64,000 nucleotides of DNA. It comes from Carcharhinus longimanus (Eukaryota). The notes under the pieces were generated by a model. It was not told the DNA's origin. It searched no databases and was given only the letters and a program-made list of their open reading frames with translations. Where the stretch lies: NCBI GenBank assembly GCA_030264375.1, contig JASCQW010000132.1, positions 76,809,933 through 76,873,932 of the forward strand, written 5' to 3'. Made by a program: the position numbers and the translations under genes. Of this stretch, positions 22,454 through 36,590 are shown one piece after another. Numbering within the stretch: the first letter of the stretch is position 1; every line of letters starts with the position of its first letter.

Positions 22454-23745
22454 ATCAGGAAAGATACATGCCAGTTTTCAATCCAAGCCTGACACTGACA
22501 AATCAGAGTCAAATTCCGCTAATAGTGTATTTTACAGCCTCAGGACATCTGAATTTGCTTTCCAAACAATGAAGTACTTTTGAAGTCTGGTGATTGTTGT
22601 TATGTAGGAACTGTAATGTAATATTGCAATTTGCTAACCTTGTATCCTGGTGATGAAATTATTACTCAATTGGTGGCATGGATGCTCTGGAACAAATGAA
22701 GTCTTGGAATAGTGAAATGTAGCTTTCCATTGCACAATGCTGAAGTGTTCTGCTTTCAATCTCATGCCAAAGGAGGGCTAAGCACTTATACTGAGAAGTC
22801 ACTTCAGGTTACTTGCATAGCTTTCATAGCCAGCCTTAACCTACGTTCCTGGAAGCTAAACTAACAGAATACATGATGCGAGGATAGAAGGAAGAAAATA
22901 AACCGAAAATATTTCCTTCACTGAAAAACACCATTTCCTTACATTCCATGAAACTCAGGTCTGTCTTGGAACAAAGAAATTTACTAAGGAAAGCAGGGCT
23001 TGAAGTGTTTTATCTTTCTACATTGAACTGTTTGTCCGATACCTTTCCTAGTTTTTACACAGATTTATTTAGCAGCCATAGAACCTGCTCAAGGAACATT
23101 GCCCTTTAAATCAGTGCACTAAGGATGAGAGAGAGAGGCCATTTTCTCCAATGAAGCAGCTCTGAGAAAGATTTGGGAAGGAAGCCAACTGGGTGGAAGG
23201 TTTACAATTCAGGTAAGGGCCACCAACCATTGATCTCAATTACTTAGTTTTTGGAGCACTTGTTGTGGAGAGAAGAAGGTCCAGCTGGCGGAGACACATA
23301 AGAGCTTCAATAGAACTAGTCTTGGGGTGAGCATGGAGAAGGGTGCAGGGCAACATCAGCAACGTCCTTATGCAGGAGAGGAGGAATTGTGCCATACCAT
23401 TATTATTAAAGGGATCAGGGGTTATGGGGAACAGGAATGGGGATGAGAAAAAAAACAGCCATTATTGAATGGTGGAGCAGACGCGATGGGCTGAGTGGCC
23501 TAATTCTGCTCCTAAGTCTTATGGTCTTATACCTGGCTGAACATCTCCAGGGATCTTGGTGACACTTGCAATAAAGGAAAAGCCTCTCTTTGGAGGCTGC
23601 CACTGACCTCGGTGCCATGCTGCATGAAAAGAATGGTAATAATGCTGCTTTCTGCATTTATACTCATCTAGGCTCTCTTTTATATCTTTGGTTACCTATT
23701 CTGTCGTATTTCCATCTTGCACCATTTTTCCTTTTGTTGTTCATT

Positions 23746-23915
23746 CATAGAATCATTGAATCCCTACAGTGCAGAAGGAGGCTATTCAGCCCATCAGTTC
23801 TGCACTAACCATAATCCCACCCAGACCATATGCTCATAACCCTACTTATTTATCCTGCTAAGACCCCTGACACGAAGGACAATTTAGCTTGGCCTATCAA
23901 CTTAACATGCTCAAC
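23746..23915 (-). mobile_element. HE1-like SINE 3' half
   Basis: catagaatcattgaatccctacagtgcagaaggaggc, as at 22108. Confidence 0.8.
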
Positions 23916-24913
23916 TAATGTTCCAACAGGATCCAACTGCCACCTCTCAAGTTAAGGGCTCTCCACCTTGCCAGCTGTATATACCTCTTAAGAGACCATA
24001 CCATCTAATCAGCGAAAGGTACCAAATCAAAAAGAACTCACAGACAGAGGGAATCCACAGAAGAACTCCAAAAGTTCCTGAAAGCCACAAAACATTGTTG
24101 TATTTTTTGAGAGTGATGGAATTCTATTATTATATTTTTGGTTAATGAATGAGTATTGTACTTATTTGAACAGCATTCCAGTAGAACCTTAATTTATTTG
24201 TATGTTATTTGTTTAGTTAAAGTTTCCTGTTCATTAAATAAATAAAATGTTAAATGTTCATTTTAAAGTTACTGTCAGGNNNNNNNNNNNNNNNNNNNNN
24301 NNNNNNNNNNNNNNNNNNNNNNNNNNNNNNNNNNNNNNNNNNNNNNNNNNNNNNNNNNNNNNNNNNNNNNNNNNNNNNNNNNNNNTCAGCCATGATCTTA
24401 TTGAATGGTGGGGCAGGCTCGAAGGGCCAGATGGCCTACTCCTGCTCCTATTTCTTATGTTTATGTTCTTATGTACTGTGAGGGAACCAAGACCTCACAT
24501 TACATACTTTAATAATATTCATCTGTTTCCTCATGGCTAATTTCTGAAATTTAAAAGACTGAACAATGACTTTTTAAAATGGATGAATCTATGACTGTCT
24601 GTGACCTTAAACAAAATGAGTTACCATGGCAGCATCACAGAAATTGATGCCTTGTTATCTCTGAAGAGACATTAAAGCTCTGCTGAAGGGTCATCCTGAC
24701 TCAAACTTTTGGCTGTATTCTCAATCTACAGATGTTGTCAGACCTGCTGTAATTTTCCAGCATTTTCTGTTTCTGGTTCATTAAAGAGCCCGGTGGGCTG
24801 CAGAGACCAAATTCAAAGAAGGCCATCTGCTTTTTATAAGTGAGGCATGGCCAACTAGAGCTGAATTATCTGCTAGGACAAAGGACCCCACAGCCTTCCT
24901 TTCATCTTAATGT

Positions 24914-25789
24914 TTGAAACATATAACCACCTTGGGAACCCAGACAAAGAGATATATACCCTTTGACAAATCCAACATGAAGAGGTGGAATCATGTAACA
25001 CAAACCTCAAGCTGGTGGAACCAGTTATATTACCTTGCTGAAGTTTAGGTGTCCCTATTTAAGCAGGGATGTAAATATATTGGAGGCGGTTCAGAGGAAG
25101 TTTATTTGATTGAAATCAGGAATGAACAAGTTATCTTGTGAAGAAAGGATGGTCAGGCTATATTTATTTTCCACTGAAGTGTAGAAGATTGAGGGGTGAC
25201 TTGATTGAAGTATGCATGATCCTGAATGGCCTTAATAAGGTGGATAGTGGAAAAATGTTTCTTCTTGTGTTTTAAGTACAGAACAAGAGGAAACTATTTT
25301 AAAATTAGGGTTGGGATTTGGGGGTGGGGGGGTTTCATGATGTAAGCGTGGGAGTGGCTGTGTTTTGTGAGTTCTGGTGCTACTCACCTTTTAATCCTTT
25401 GCATCCTGATGCACAGCCCATAATTATTTGATCCTAATGTGTATAATCGGTGTTGTGTTCGGAGAAAATCCTGGTTAAATTTGGGGTGGGGCCCAGTTCA
25501 TGCTGGTGCTTTCACTGGTGAGTGGATCTACGTTTTGGTGGTGCAAGCAGCAATACAGAAAAGGCGCTTTGCCCTGATTGAATATATGGCCTAATCTATA
25601 CACTTTCTATTTGAACTTCTGTACCATTGAAACATATAAACATCTTGGGAACCCAGACAAAGTGATACACACCCTTTGTCAAATCTAACATGAAAAGGTG
25701 GAATCATGTAACATGAATCTCAAGCTGATGGAACCAGTTATATTAACTTATGAAGCTGAGATGTCCCTATTTAAGCAGGAGTATAAATA
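24914..25789 (+). repeat. ~164-bp diverged direct repeat (24914-25077 and 25627-25789) around a CR1 3' fragment
   Basis: gaaacatataa..ttgggaacccagacaaag...ccctatttaagcagg..gt..aaata present twice; 25050-25310 is CR1-like. Confidence 0.85.
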
Positions 25790-28700
25790 CTAGACTGATT
25801 TATCCCTGTATGCTTATCTCATCATGATTGTTATTTCTACTGGAAAATGAATTAAGTAGCAGTAGTATTCAACCTATGGATCTATATTAAGGGATTTAAT
25901 TCTGGACTCTGGATTCATTTCAAACAGTAACTATTCCCTCTGTGATCTTCATCCTGTAAATCTTTCTTTCTCTATCGGTCTTTTACACCATATGTGCCCA
26001 GGCTACATGGCAATCATCCCTCTTTCACCACATCCCCACCCCCTCCGCTTTGAGTGTGTGTAAATAAAGTAACTGTTTGAGTTCATCCTATCACAAGCTC
26101 TGGGGTTATTTATAGAGATTGGCTCACTACTAAACGAGAGGGTTGGGAAATAGGCCACTGCTTATAATGGAGGGACCAAATCAAAAATCATCTTTTTGTT
26201 TACGAATGGATGATGAGAAGAAGAATCAGGACTCTTCAAGTGAATCCCTCCTCCCTCCTGTCTGTAACAGTGCCAAGCCTGTTTAGATGGATAGGTGGCC
26301 CTCAATGGAATATTACAGGCAGTGGCCAAGTAAGCGGCGACTGCTGGGACCACTGTCCAATTGAGGATGGTGACCTACCTATCAGTGCTACTGGCCCACT
26401 CAGAAGGATGGTAACTCAGCAGTGCTATCAATAGAAGTGGCTGTTGCTGAGGTTGTGAGAAAGAAGACAATGCCTCCCTGATGAAACACTCTTGAAGATA
26501 AGCTTTTTTTAACTTAATGTGCTGGGATCAGGTAAAAGGGCCCCAGCGATCGGAGAGTTCACCCTTCTGACAGCAGTGTTGGAGCTGTGGAGAGAGGTCA
26601 GAGCAGCCAAGATCCTCTCTGTGGGCCAAGGAGTAGTCATTAAGGCCACACATCCTCAGTCACTGGGCCTGAAAGTTGAGGCTGGATGGGAAAAATCACC
26701 CTTAAGTAGCCATTTAAGGGGGATGTATGGAAGTGGGAGGGAAAAATTCTGGCAGTGGTTTCAGACGTTTTTTTTAAGAAGATGAGAAGTCCTATTTTGT
26801 AAGATTGCAAAAGACCTTGACTAATCTCCCTACACTAACTAAATTATTCCACATTACAGCATCAGCAACAATAATTCTCACTTCCTCATGTGTAGTAAGG
26901 TTCCTACGCTGTACTTTACATTAAGGAGAAAATGATGATAGTTGATATTGAACATAGGGAAAGTGGAGAAATGTGTAAAGTTTAAGATAGTAAGCAGAAA
27001 GGATGAGTAATGGCGCTTTGTTGAGTTGCTACAAATCTAAATTCAGAGCATTCGATGAAGAATTCTGGAGTGTATTGAGCATTTAAAAACCAGCCATCAT
27101 AGGTGAAGAGAATGTATTGAGGAGTGGGAAGTATTAGAGGAACATAGGGTATATGATGGACTCGAGGAAAGTGGAGATCAGTAAATTGGGTGAAGTGAAA
27201 GAAGCGTTGATATACTGACCTCATCCTGTTGCAGTATTGGGTGCTAGTGTAGCTTGGAGAGGATAGGGTTGTTGAAGAGTTGGAGTTTGCATGGATGGGG
27301 ATTTGAGGCTGTTTAAGTTTGGTATAAGGCTGCTGAAAGTAAGTCCGTAATAGAGTACACTGTAAGCTACTTGTGATTAACCCATATTTGAAAGGGGGAA
27401 AAAGATTGGCTGAATGTCAGTGTGAAAAAATAGTGATAGCAATAACTAATGTCAGCAAAGAATTAGGATTGAATTTTCTCTTTGGAGGCAGGAAGCAGGA
27501 ACTGAGTTTGTTTCTGAGTTTGAAACTCAATCCAGAAGTGAAGTGGATGGAAACAGTCACTCATTATGATTTTAACTTGGATTCTCCCTTCATTGGCGTG
27601 GAGACAGGTTCATTGTCCAATGAAGGGTGGAGGGGGTACTTTTGAAGCAGGAGGACCAATCAGAGGCCTTCCGGCTTTGAAGGTGCAGTCAGGTGCAATG
27701 AGTGAAGGAACTAAGAGATCCCATGGCAAGGTCAACAGTTCAGTAGTGGCTTTAAAAGAAAATTTAAAAAAAATATAGAGAATGAAACCATGTATGGTTA
27801 GTTGGCAGTAGGCAGCTGAAGGATGGACGTGGGTGGTGGAATGAATCCTCTGCAGAATCGTCTTTGGGTGCATCCTCACTCAGACAAGCAGGAAAGCCTT
27901 GTAGGCTGTGCTGGCATGCGCACCTGCTACTAAGAGCCAACCATCAGATCGTTGATCTGATAATAAGCTTAATTGTCTCGTGGAGGCAGTTAGCTCTTCT
28001 GGTACTGAACCCAAGATGGCTGATACTGGCAATGGTGTAGGACAGCCAACACACCTGCCCTGGGATTTTTGATCCCCATCTGCTTCCTGTTCCAACCTTG
28101 GTGGGGTCCAAAAATTCCATCCTGAGTCTTCAACTACTGGTGTCAGTATTATCAGAACAATTATTAATAGCTAACATCCCACAAAGCAAGGACAGAAAGA
28201 AAACAAATTGTAAATCTGAAGTGTAAATGGATCAGTCAGCGTCTGGAAAACAAACAGCTAAGTGTAAAACTTACATCACAAATAATCATCAAATCATTAA
28301 ATTATAGAATTATACACAGAAATAAGTTAGTTTGTCACCTATTGGGAATCTTGGAATTGGGACCTGCCCTCATTTTCAAAGGGATCCTGAGTGATCTTGA
28401 CTTGGTGAAAATTCAGTCCAATATTCCAGTTGCAGCTAACTAGTGTTTTATACAGATTTATCATAATTTCATTGCTTTTGTACTCGATGTCCTATTAATA
28501 AAACCTAGGATTCCATATCCTTTAATCAGTACTCTCTCAACCTGTCCTGCCACTTTCAAAGATTTGCTCACAGATTCCTCTGCCACTTTAGAATTGTACC
28601 CTTTGGTTTATATTACCTCTCTTGTTACTAATATAAATTACTTCTCTGCATTAAATTTCATGTACTACTTGTCACATGGGCCATGCGATCCTTATTCTGC

Positions 28701-29539
28701 CATGTTACCCTTAAAGGGACAATTACCACATCCCTCCCTCTTTAAGTGCTTTGTCCACAGTCTTCAATAACAAATTTACTCAGCCCTAAATATTAATTAA
28801 ACATTATGCACATGAGGCTTTGAGGGGGTATTCTTCTGTTTCATGTAAATCAGCATAATTCTATTGTTCAAGATGCTTCCACAGATTCAACATTAACAGG
28901 GGCTGCAATAGTGAGTACCAGTTCCGGCGCAGGTGATTCATCACTATTTGCTTCCATGGAGAATTCAATTATGTTGATAACAAGTAACTCAAGTACTTTG
29001 ATTGAAGTCATTACAGCATGAACCTGGCTGCTTTCTTTTTACTTTTAAAACTTTTCCAAAGGGGAGCCATTTTAGTGATCACTACAGTTTTTTTTGTGAT
29101 GTGCCATTTAAAAATCTCTTGCACAGTTGCAGACCCAGCTCCATCATGGTCCAACTGGGGCATGTAACCTTTCCTTCCATTGTTAAAGGATGAGAACATC
29201 TCTGTTTGACTGAAATTCATCAGTGTAGAGAGTACTGCCACAGAACGCTCTCCTCTGATCCCATCCTCATCACCAGATGCATTGATGCTCTTTCACAGAC
29301 TTCATTAGTGAACACAAACAATATTCATTATTAAGAATCATACATCAGCCTCATGGCTGTAGCTAAATGCCTCCTTGCCTAAGAGGTCTCCAACCTCTGG
29401 GGTGATTTACTGCTCTGAGACCCCATTGGCCACACAGGCCATGTGACCCTCACTCAAAGTTTTCCTGCCCTCCTGTGCAGCAGAGCCAGCCACGATGCCA
29501 TGAACCTGGTGGCTGCCATCTTTGCCTGGCGAGCTTGTG

Positions 29540-32500
29540 CACACCAATGGGAGAGAGACAGCAGCCGGAATGAGATTCAGGAGTGAAGTTATTAGAAATT
29601 TGCAGCTGAGTGGGAATTTCGGTGCTAAGGGGAAGGAGGTGCTCATCTTCAGGAGGAGTGGAGAGGTGGACCTGCAAGGGTAAGTGAAAGACAGAAAGAA
29701 ATTGAACCATGATATTACAGCCAGCAGGTAAGTGATTGGCTAGTGACTGATAAATAGTTTTCCTTTTCTTTTTTCTCTTTTTACCTCTTGGCATTGTAGT
29801 TGTTGTTGTAACTTAGCTTAAGGGTTAAGTCATGGCAAGAGATCCCAGACCCATATCATACTCCTCTTATGCGATGTGGGAATTCAGGGACTCTTCCATT
29901 GTCCCTGGCTCCTTCATGTACGAGAAATGTGTCTAAATAAACTCCTGTTAGATTGCTTGATGGTTCTGGAACTGCAGATGGATTCACTTTGGAGCACTGG
30001 GATGCTAAGGAAGTCTTAGATAGCACATTCAGTGAGTTGGTCACGTGCAGATAAGAATTACTGAGGGAGATAGGGAATGGGTGATCACCAGACAGAGGAA
30101 GAATAGAAAGGCAGTGCAGGGGTCCACTGTGGTCATCTCATTCCAAAAAAGATTTACCATTTTGGATACTGTTGGGGGAGATAGTTCACCAGGGGAAGCA
30201 GCCAAGTTCATGGCACCATGGTTGGCTCTGCTGCACAGGAAGACAGGAGAAAGAATGGGAGAGCTATAGTGATAGGGAATTCAATTGTGAGGGGAATAGA
30301 CAGGCCTTTCTGCGGATGCAAACAAAACTCCAGGATGGTACGTTTCCTCCCTGGTGTAAGGGTTAAGATGTCTCGGAGCAGTCAGAGGGCATTCTGGAGG
30401 GGTAAAGTGAAAAGCCAGCTGCCGTATTGCACATAGGCACAAACAACATCGGTAAAAGGCGGGGTGAGGTACTACAAGCTGAATTTAGGGAGTTAGGAGT
30501 TAAACTAAAAAGTAGGACCTCAAAGGTAGTAATCTCAGGATTGCTACCTGTGCCATGTGCTACTCAGAGTAGGAATGTCATGATAGCTATGATGAATGCA
30601 TGACTTGAGGGATGTTGTGAGAGGGATTCAAATTCCTGAGACTTTGGAACCAGTTCTGGGAGAGGTGGGACCAGTACAAATCAGATGGTTTGCACCTGAG
30701 CAGGACTGGAACAAATATCCTTAGGAGAGGTTTTACTAGTGCTGTTGGGAAGGGTTTAATCTAATGTGGCAGGGGAATGGAGACTGAGGTAGGAAGTCAG
30801 GGGGGAGTAAAGTGGGGATAGAAACAAAAGGCAGGAAAAATAAAGGGCAGAGAAACTAAAGACAAAAATCAGAAAGGGTCACAGTATAGATACAGAGATC
30901 TGGAGAACTCAGTGGATGGGTCCAGTAAGGCTAAGAGAAAAAAAGTTACACAGACAGTGCACAAAACATGACAGGACAGATGGGTCTGAGATGTGTTTGC
31001 TTTAACGCAAGGTGTACGACAGGTAATGCGGATGAATTTAAAGCTTGGATTACTACCTGGAAATATGATGTTGTGGCAATTTTGGAGACTTGGATGAAAG
31101 AAGGGCATGACTGGCAGCTTGGCATTTCAGAATTTAGATGCTTCAGGTGAGACAGAAAGGGTGACAGAAGAGTTGGGATATTGCTTTACTGATTAAGGAG
31201 AATGTTACAGCTATCCAGAGGGAGGACACCTTGGTGGGATCATGCTTTGAGACCATATGCGTAGAACACAGGAACAGGAGCGAGGAGTGCAACCACACTG
31301 TTGGGGTTGTACTACAGATCTCTCAACAGCCAGCATGATGTGGAGGAACTGATGTATCAGCAGATTATGGGAAGATGTAAAAACAACAGGGTTGTCATGA
31401 TTCTAACTTCCCCAACGTAGACTGGGATTCCTTTAGTGCCAGGAGCTTGGACAGGGCAGAGTTTGTTCAGTGTGTCAAGAGTATTGCTTGAGGCAATATA
31501 TAGATTATCCAACTCGGGAAAGGGCTATCTTAGACCAGGTTCTGGGAAACGAGTCCAGACAGGTGATTGATGTCTCAGCGGGGGAAAATTTTGGGAACAG
31601 TGATCACAATTCTATAATTTTGAAGATACTTGTATAAAAGGATAGAAGCAGTCCCAGAATGAAAGTGCTAAATTGGGGAAGGCTAATGTATGAGGCAGGA
31701 GCTAGGAAAGATATACATAGTTGGCTGTTTGATGGTTAATCCACATCCGATATGTGGGAGTCTTTTAAAAGTTAGTTGTTAACAATTCAGGACAAGTATT
31801 TCCCTATAAAAATGAAGGATAAAGATGGCAAGATTCAGAAACCCTGGATGACGAAAAAGATTGCGAGCTTAGTGAAAAAGAAGATGGAGGCGTATGTAAA
31901 TTTCAGGAAATTGAAAATGGACAAGGCTCTTGAGGAATACAAAGATAGCAGGAAATAACTTAAACAGGGCCTTAGGAGGGCCAAAAAGGGGGCCATGGTA
32001 GGCAGGATTAAGAGGAATCCCAAGGGTTTTTATGCATATGTAAGGAGGAGGAAAATAGCTAAGGAAATAGTAGGTCCACTCAAGGACAGTGGAGGGAATG
32101 TGAGTGTGGAGCCAGATAAGGTGGGTGAGGTCCTTAATGAATACTTTGCATCAGTATTCACAAAGGAGAAGGATGTGGTGGATGGGGAATGTAGAAAGGA
32201 GAACATTAACATTCTAGACATGTTGAGATAAAAAGGGAGGAGGTATTGGAGGTTTTGAAAAACATTAAGGTGGACAGGTCTCCAGGGCCAGATAGGGTCT
32301 ATCCCAGAACACTGAGAGGCGGGGGAAAAATTTGCTGAGGCTTGGCCAAAGTCTTTGTATCCCCTTTAGCTACCAATGAGATACCAGAGGATTGGAGAGT
32401 GGCTGACATTATTCCTCTGTTTAAGAAGGGCAGAAGAGACAATCTTGGAAATTACATGCCTGTGAGCCTTACACCAGTGATGGGGAAATTATTGGATAAG

Positions 32501-33272
32501 ATTCTTAGGGACAGAATGTACTCACATTTGGAAGAGAATAGACTTATTAGTGATAAGCAGCATGCCTTTGTGAAGGGGACGTTGTGTCTCACAAACTTGA
32601 TTGAGTTCTTTGAAGAAGTGACAAGAAATATTGACCAGGGCAGGGCAGTTGATGTTGTATACATGGACTGTAGGAAAGCCTTCAGTAAGGTTCCTCATGG
32701 CAGGCTGATACAGAAGGTGAAGTCAGATGGAATCGGAAGTGAGCTGGTAAGAAGGATACAAAACTATCTTGGGCATAGAAAGCAAAGAGTAGCAGTGAAA
32801 GATCTGTTGCAAGTGGTGTTCCACAAAGATCAATGCTAGGACCTCTGTTGTTTGTAATATATATCAATGATTTGGAGGAAAAAGTAGGTGGTCTGATTAA
32901 TAAATTTACAGATAATACAAAAATTGGGGGAGTGGTGGATAGTGAGGAGGATTGTCAGAGGATACAGCAGGATATAAATCCACTGGAGACCTGGGCCGAA
33001 TGATGGCAGATGGAACTTAACCTGGACAAATATGAGGTGATGCAATTTGGAATGTCTACCACAGAAGGAAATTGTACAGAAAATGGTAGAGCTTTTGGAA
33101 ATATTAGCGTATAGAGTGATCTAGTTGTGCAGAACCACAGTTCTCAAAAGGTGGCAACTCAGGTGGACAAGCTGGTCAAGAAGGCGTGTGGCATGTGAGC
33201 TGTCATCAGTTGGGGCATTGAGTATAGGAATCAGAAAATCATGTTGTAGATGTATAAGACTTTGGTTAGGTG

Positions 33273-33305
<33 letters not shown>

Positions 33306-33770
33306 ACACTACCAGAAGGGTGTTGATGCACTGGAAAGTGTGCAGAAGAGATTTATCAGGATGTTGCCTGGTTTGGAGGATAAGGACAATGAAGAAAGGT
33401 TGAATAAACTTGGAGTGTTTTCATTGGAATGTCAGAGGATAGAGACAAGATTATGACAGGCTTAGAGTGAACAGTCTTTTTCCCAGAATTGAAGGATCAA
33501 TTACTTGGGGGCATAGGTTGAAAGTAAGAGGGAGAAAGTTTAAAAGAGATGTATGGGGCAAGTTTTTCATAGAGGGTGATGAATGCCTGGAACATGTTGC
33601 CAGAGGAGATGGCAGGTTCCATAACAAAGGCAACTGAATAGATACATGAATAGGCAGGGAATAGAGAGGTATGGACCACGTAGAGACAAGAAAATATTAA
33701 AATAGAGAGGCATCTATGTCGGCACAGACTTGATGAGCTGAAGGGCTTGTTCCTGTGCTTACTGTTCTTT
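29540..33770 (+). mobile_element. Near full-length decayed CR1 LINE (5' UTR, ORF1 zinc-finger/SGNH esterase, ORF2 endonuclease-RT, 3' tail)
   Basis: ORF1 start MARDPRP..SSYAMWE (29832), IVIGNSIVRG (30265), HIGTNNIG (30430), DGLHL (30684); ORF2 CFNAR...YDVVAILETW (30995), GNSDH (31595), IPEDWRVADIIPLFKKG...YMPVSLT, KFTDNT (decayed FADD, ~32905), HLEYCVQFWSP; many stops and frameshifts. Confidence 0.95.
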
Positions 33771-36289
33771 GCTCTCAGCTGTGTCTCCCTTAAAGGGACA
33801 ATCACTAGACCACCTCTCTGCCCGTTCCAACAACCTAAGTCCTTTTGAAGTCTAACATTCAATCCCTTACATAGTTCACAATACTACCAAGATTTGTGTC
33901 ATCTCTAAATATTGAAATGCCCTATCCGCTAAGCCTTATATACATTAAGAAGAGCAAAGGTCCTAACATCATCCCTGGGGAACTCCACTGTAAACCCTGC
34001 TCCGCTCTGAATTCACACCCAAAATCATTAGCCTATCAGTTTCTCATTACAAATATTGAAAAATCCACTGTGTATTTCTGATATTTTCCGTCTTTGCCAG
34101 AAAACTAAGTATTATACAAAATGAGGAAAAGCAATGAGGGAATTTTAACATGAATGAGTGGGTAGATTTGTGTGCAGGCAGATGTGGAGGGGAGGGAGGA
34201 TGTGGGGAGGGGGATGGGAAGGGCTGGGGGGGTGGGGTGAGGAATGCTAATTGATCAGTACTTCAATTTCATCAGGAAAAGCCAGTTCCAATATGCTAAC
34301 TTCCAGGTGGAGGCAGGCAGCCAACCTGCTCCCGGGAGGTGGGTTAGCATTATCAATTTGTTAGTGAGACTGGAATCCATAGACTGAAACATGTTTTACT
34401 ATGGCCAAACGCGTTTCCTGGCAGCTTAAGTGAGGTGAAGACAGCTTCATTCATAATGCTTCATGAGGGACAAGAGGAAAAAGAATTATTCCAGTCAGTT
34501 GCTAAACTCCCCCACCATCAGAGCACCCTTTATATTCAAATTTCACCTCCCACCATCCCAACCACTAGGATCAGATCACCTCCTTCTAACCCTGAGCCCA
34601 CACCTGGATTGCTTTGCCCCTCCCTCTCAGGGTAGTGGTCACATCTACTGACCCTGCGACCTCCTTTAACTTCCTCACCTGACTGGAGGCCAGGTCTGTC
34701 AATCAAGGTGACATCCAAGTGGTGAATCTATGAGGTTGTGCATTGTAGAATTTAAATTCAGCAGCATGCAAGGAAATCCAAACCTTTATACTTCCCATGG
34801 GCTACTGGTCACAGGAACTTTCCAATCCACCCTGCCCCTCCACCCCCCTGCACTTATTTCACTCTTAGCACGTTGGTGCATGATATTAATCTACATCTAA
34901 TATGTCTTTTAAAAATTCAAACAAAAACATTTAATGATTTAATTGTTTGATTATGTCATGGCACAATCCTTTATGTATAGACCTGGCAAGGTACCACCAG
35001 ACAACAAAGCAACCTTAAATCAGTTCAATAATTGAAGTGGCATGGCTGCTTAAGATATTCAGATATCAAGCATGACTAATTATTACCAAATATCTACTTT
35101 ACTTGCATGAGCTTTTATTTGCTACCAAAATATCTGCATGACTAATGCAGTGGTCCTGGTGATTTCCTTTTATTTGGATGGAATTAATTAACCCTCTCCA
35201 TATATAATTTCCTTTGGAACCTTACATTTCCTCCATACATGTGTATTTTTAGTCTAACTTTCAGTTCTAAATGGCTATTCTATCCATATGGTTCCAGCGT
35301 AACTGTAGCAAATGAAGTTCTTAATTCCTTATTTTCAAAAATGGCTTCAGGCTCTCTTTTCTGTGTTATTTTGTATAATTTGATTATACATTTTGAATTG
35401 CAGAACACAAAAATTGGTTGCAGGAAGGAAATGTAAACCTAATTGAGATGTTTCAGCTATGTGGTCTAATGAGGCAAGTAATCCAATATGTATATTTGAC
35501 AATATCCTCTAAAATAAATAAAATTGTTTATTGTTCTTATATGTCTTTCCTTACATTTGATGTCTCAAGTATGTTTCACTTCTACAATAATTGGATTGAT
35601 GGCCAATATATAGTATATCAGTAGAAAGAAATCCACAAAACAACCTTTCACATCTGGTGGAAGGAAGCACGCAGATGACCAGCATTTTGGTAATTAATAC
35701 TATCATTTTCAATTCATGTTTGTTGAGAAAAGTAGCATTTGCAATTAGTGCAAACTCTGGTTTTTCCAGACAGGAGAAAAAGTACATTAATCCAATTCTT
35801 GAGATCTGGAAGAAAGTAACTGCAGAGCGGATGTATGAGGGAGAACAGAGAAGAAAAAAAATATAAATCTGCTACACAAATGGGGTAATAGTGAACTTCT
35901 TATTTATGGATTTGATCAATGGATGAAGGGTCACAGATTGTAAGACCTAAGATTAACACTCATTACAGGTCTGTAACAAAGTATGATTGACCTTTGGTGG
36001 CGGTTACATTTCTCTCCCTTCTTTTTCACTTCTGTTTTAACCTCATCCCAAATCATCATGAGAGTGATGAGCAATACCCAGTTGGTCCACTCAAGCTTCA
36101 TAGAATTTCAGAACTGAGTCATCGTTCAATTTAATCATCAATTTAGTCTTCAATCCAGTAATACCCATGAGCAGACATTAGTGCCCACAATATTTAATAA
36201 AGAGATGTATAATAGTTTAAACATTGCATTACTACACAGGTTTGGAGTCATATACATATAAATTGGTTCATCCTCAGCAGTAAATTATA

Positions 36290-36590
36290 AGACATGCTTT
36301 AGTAAGAGATGCTGTACTGACATGGTAGGCGCCATGAATACAAAATAGTCATCAGTACGACAAGAAGAGATTTGGCAGAATCTTTCTTTAACCAGAGAGT
36401 GTTTGCAATCTCACTGAGGCAAATAGCATAGGCGCATTAAGGGGGGAGCTTGATAAATTCATGAAGGATAAGGAAATATCCTTATTGGGATATGTTGATA
36501 GGGTTAGCTGAAGATTGTGTGGAAGGAGATTGGTGTGGAACATAAATGAACACCATGCACCAGTTGGACCAAATGATCAGTTCCTAATAT
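36290..36590 (+). mobile_element. Old CR1 3' fragment
   Basis: ttctttaaccagagagtg...gaggcaaatagcataggcgcatta.ggggagcttgataa. Confidence 0.55.
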
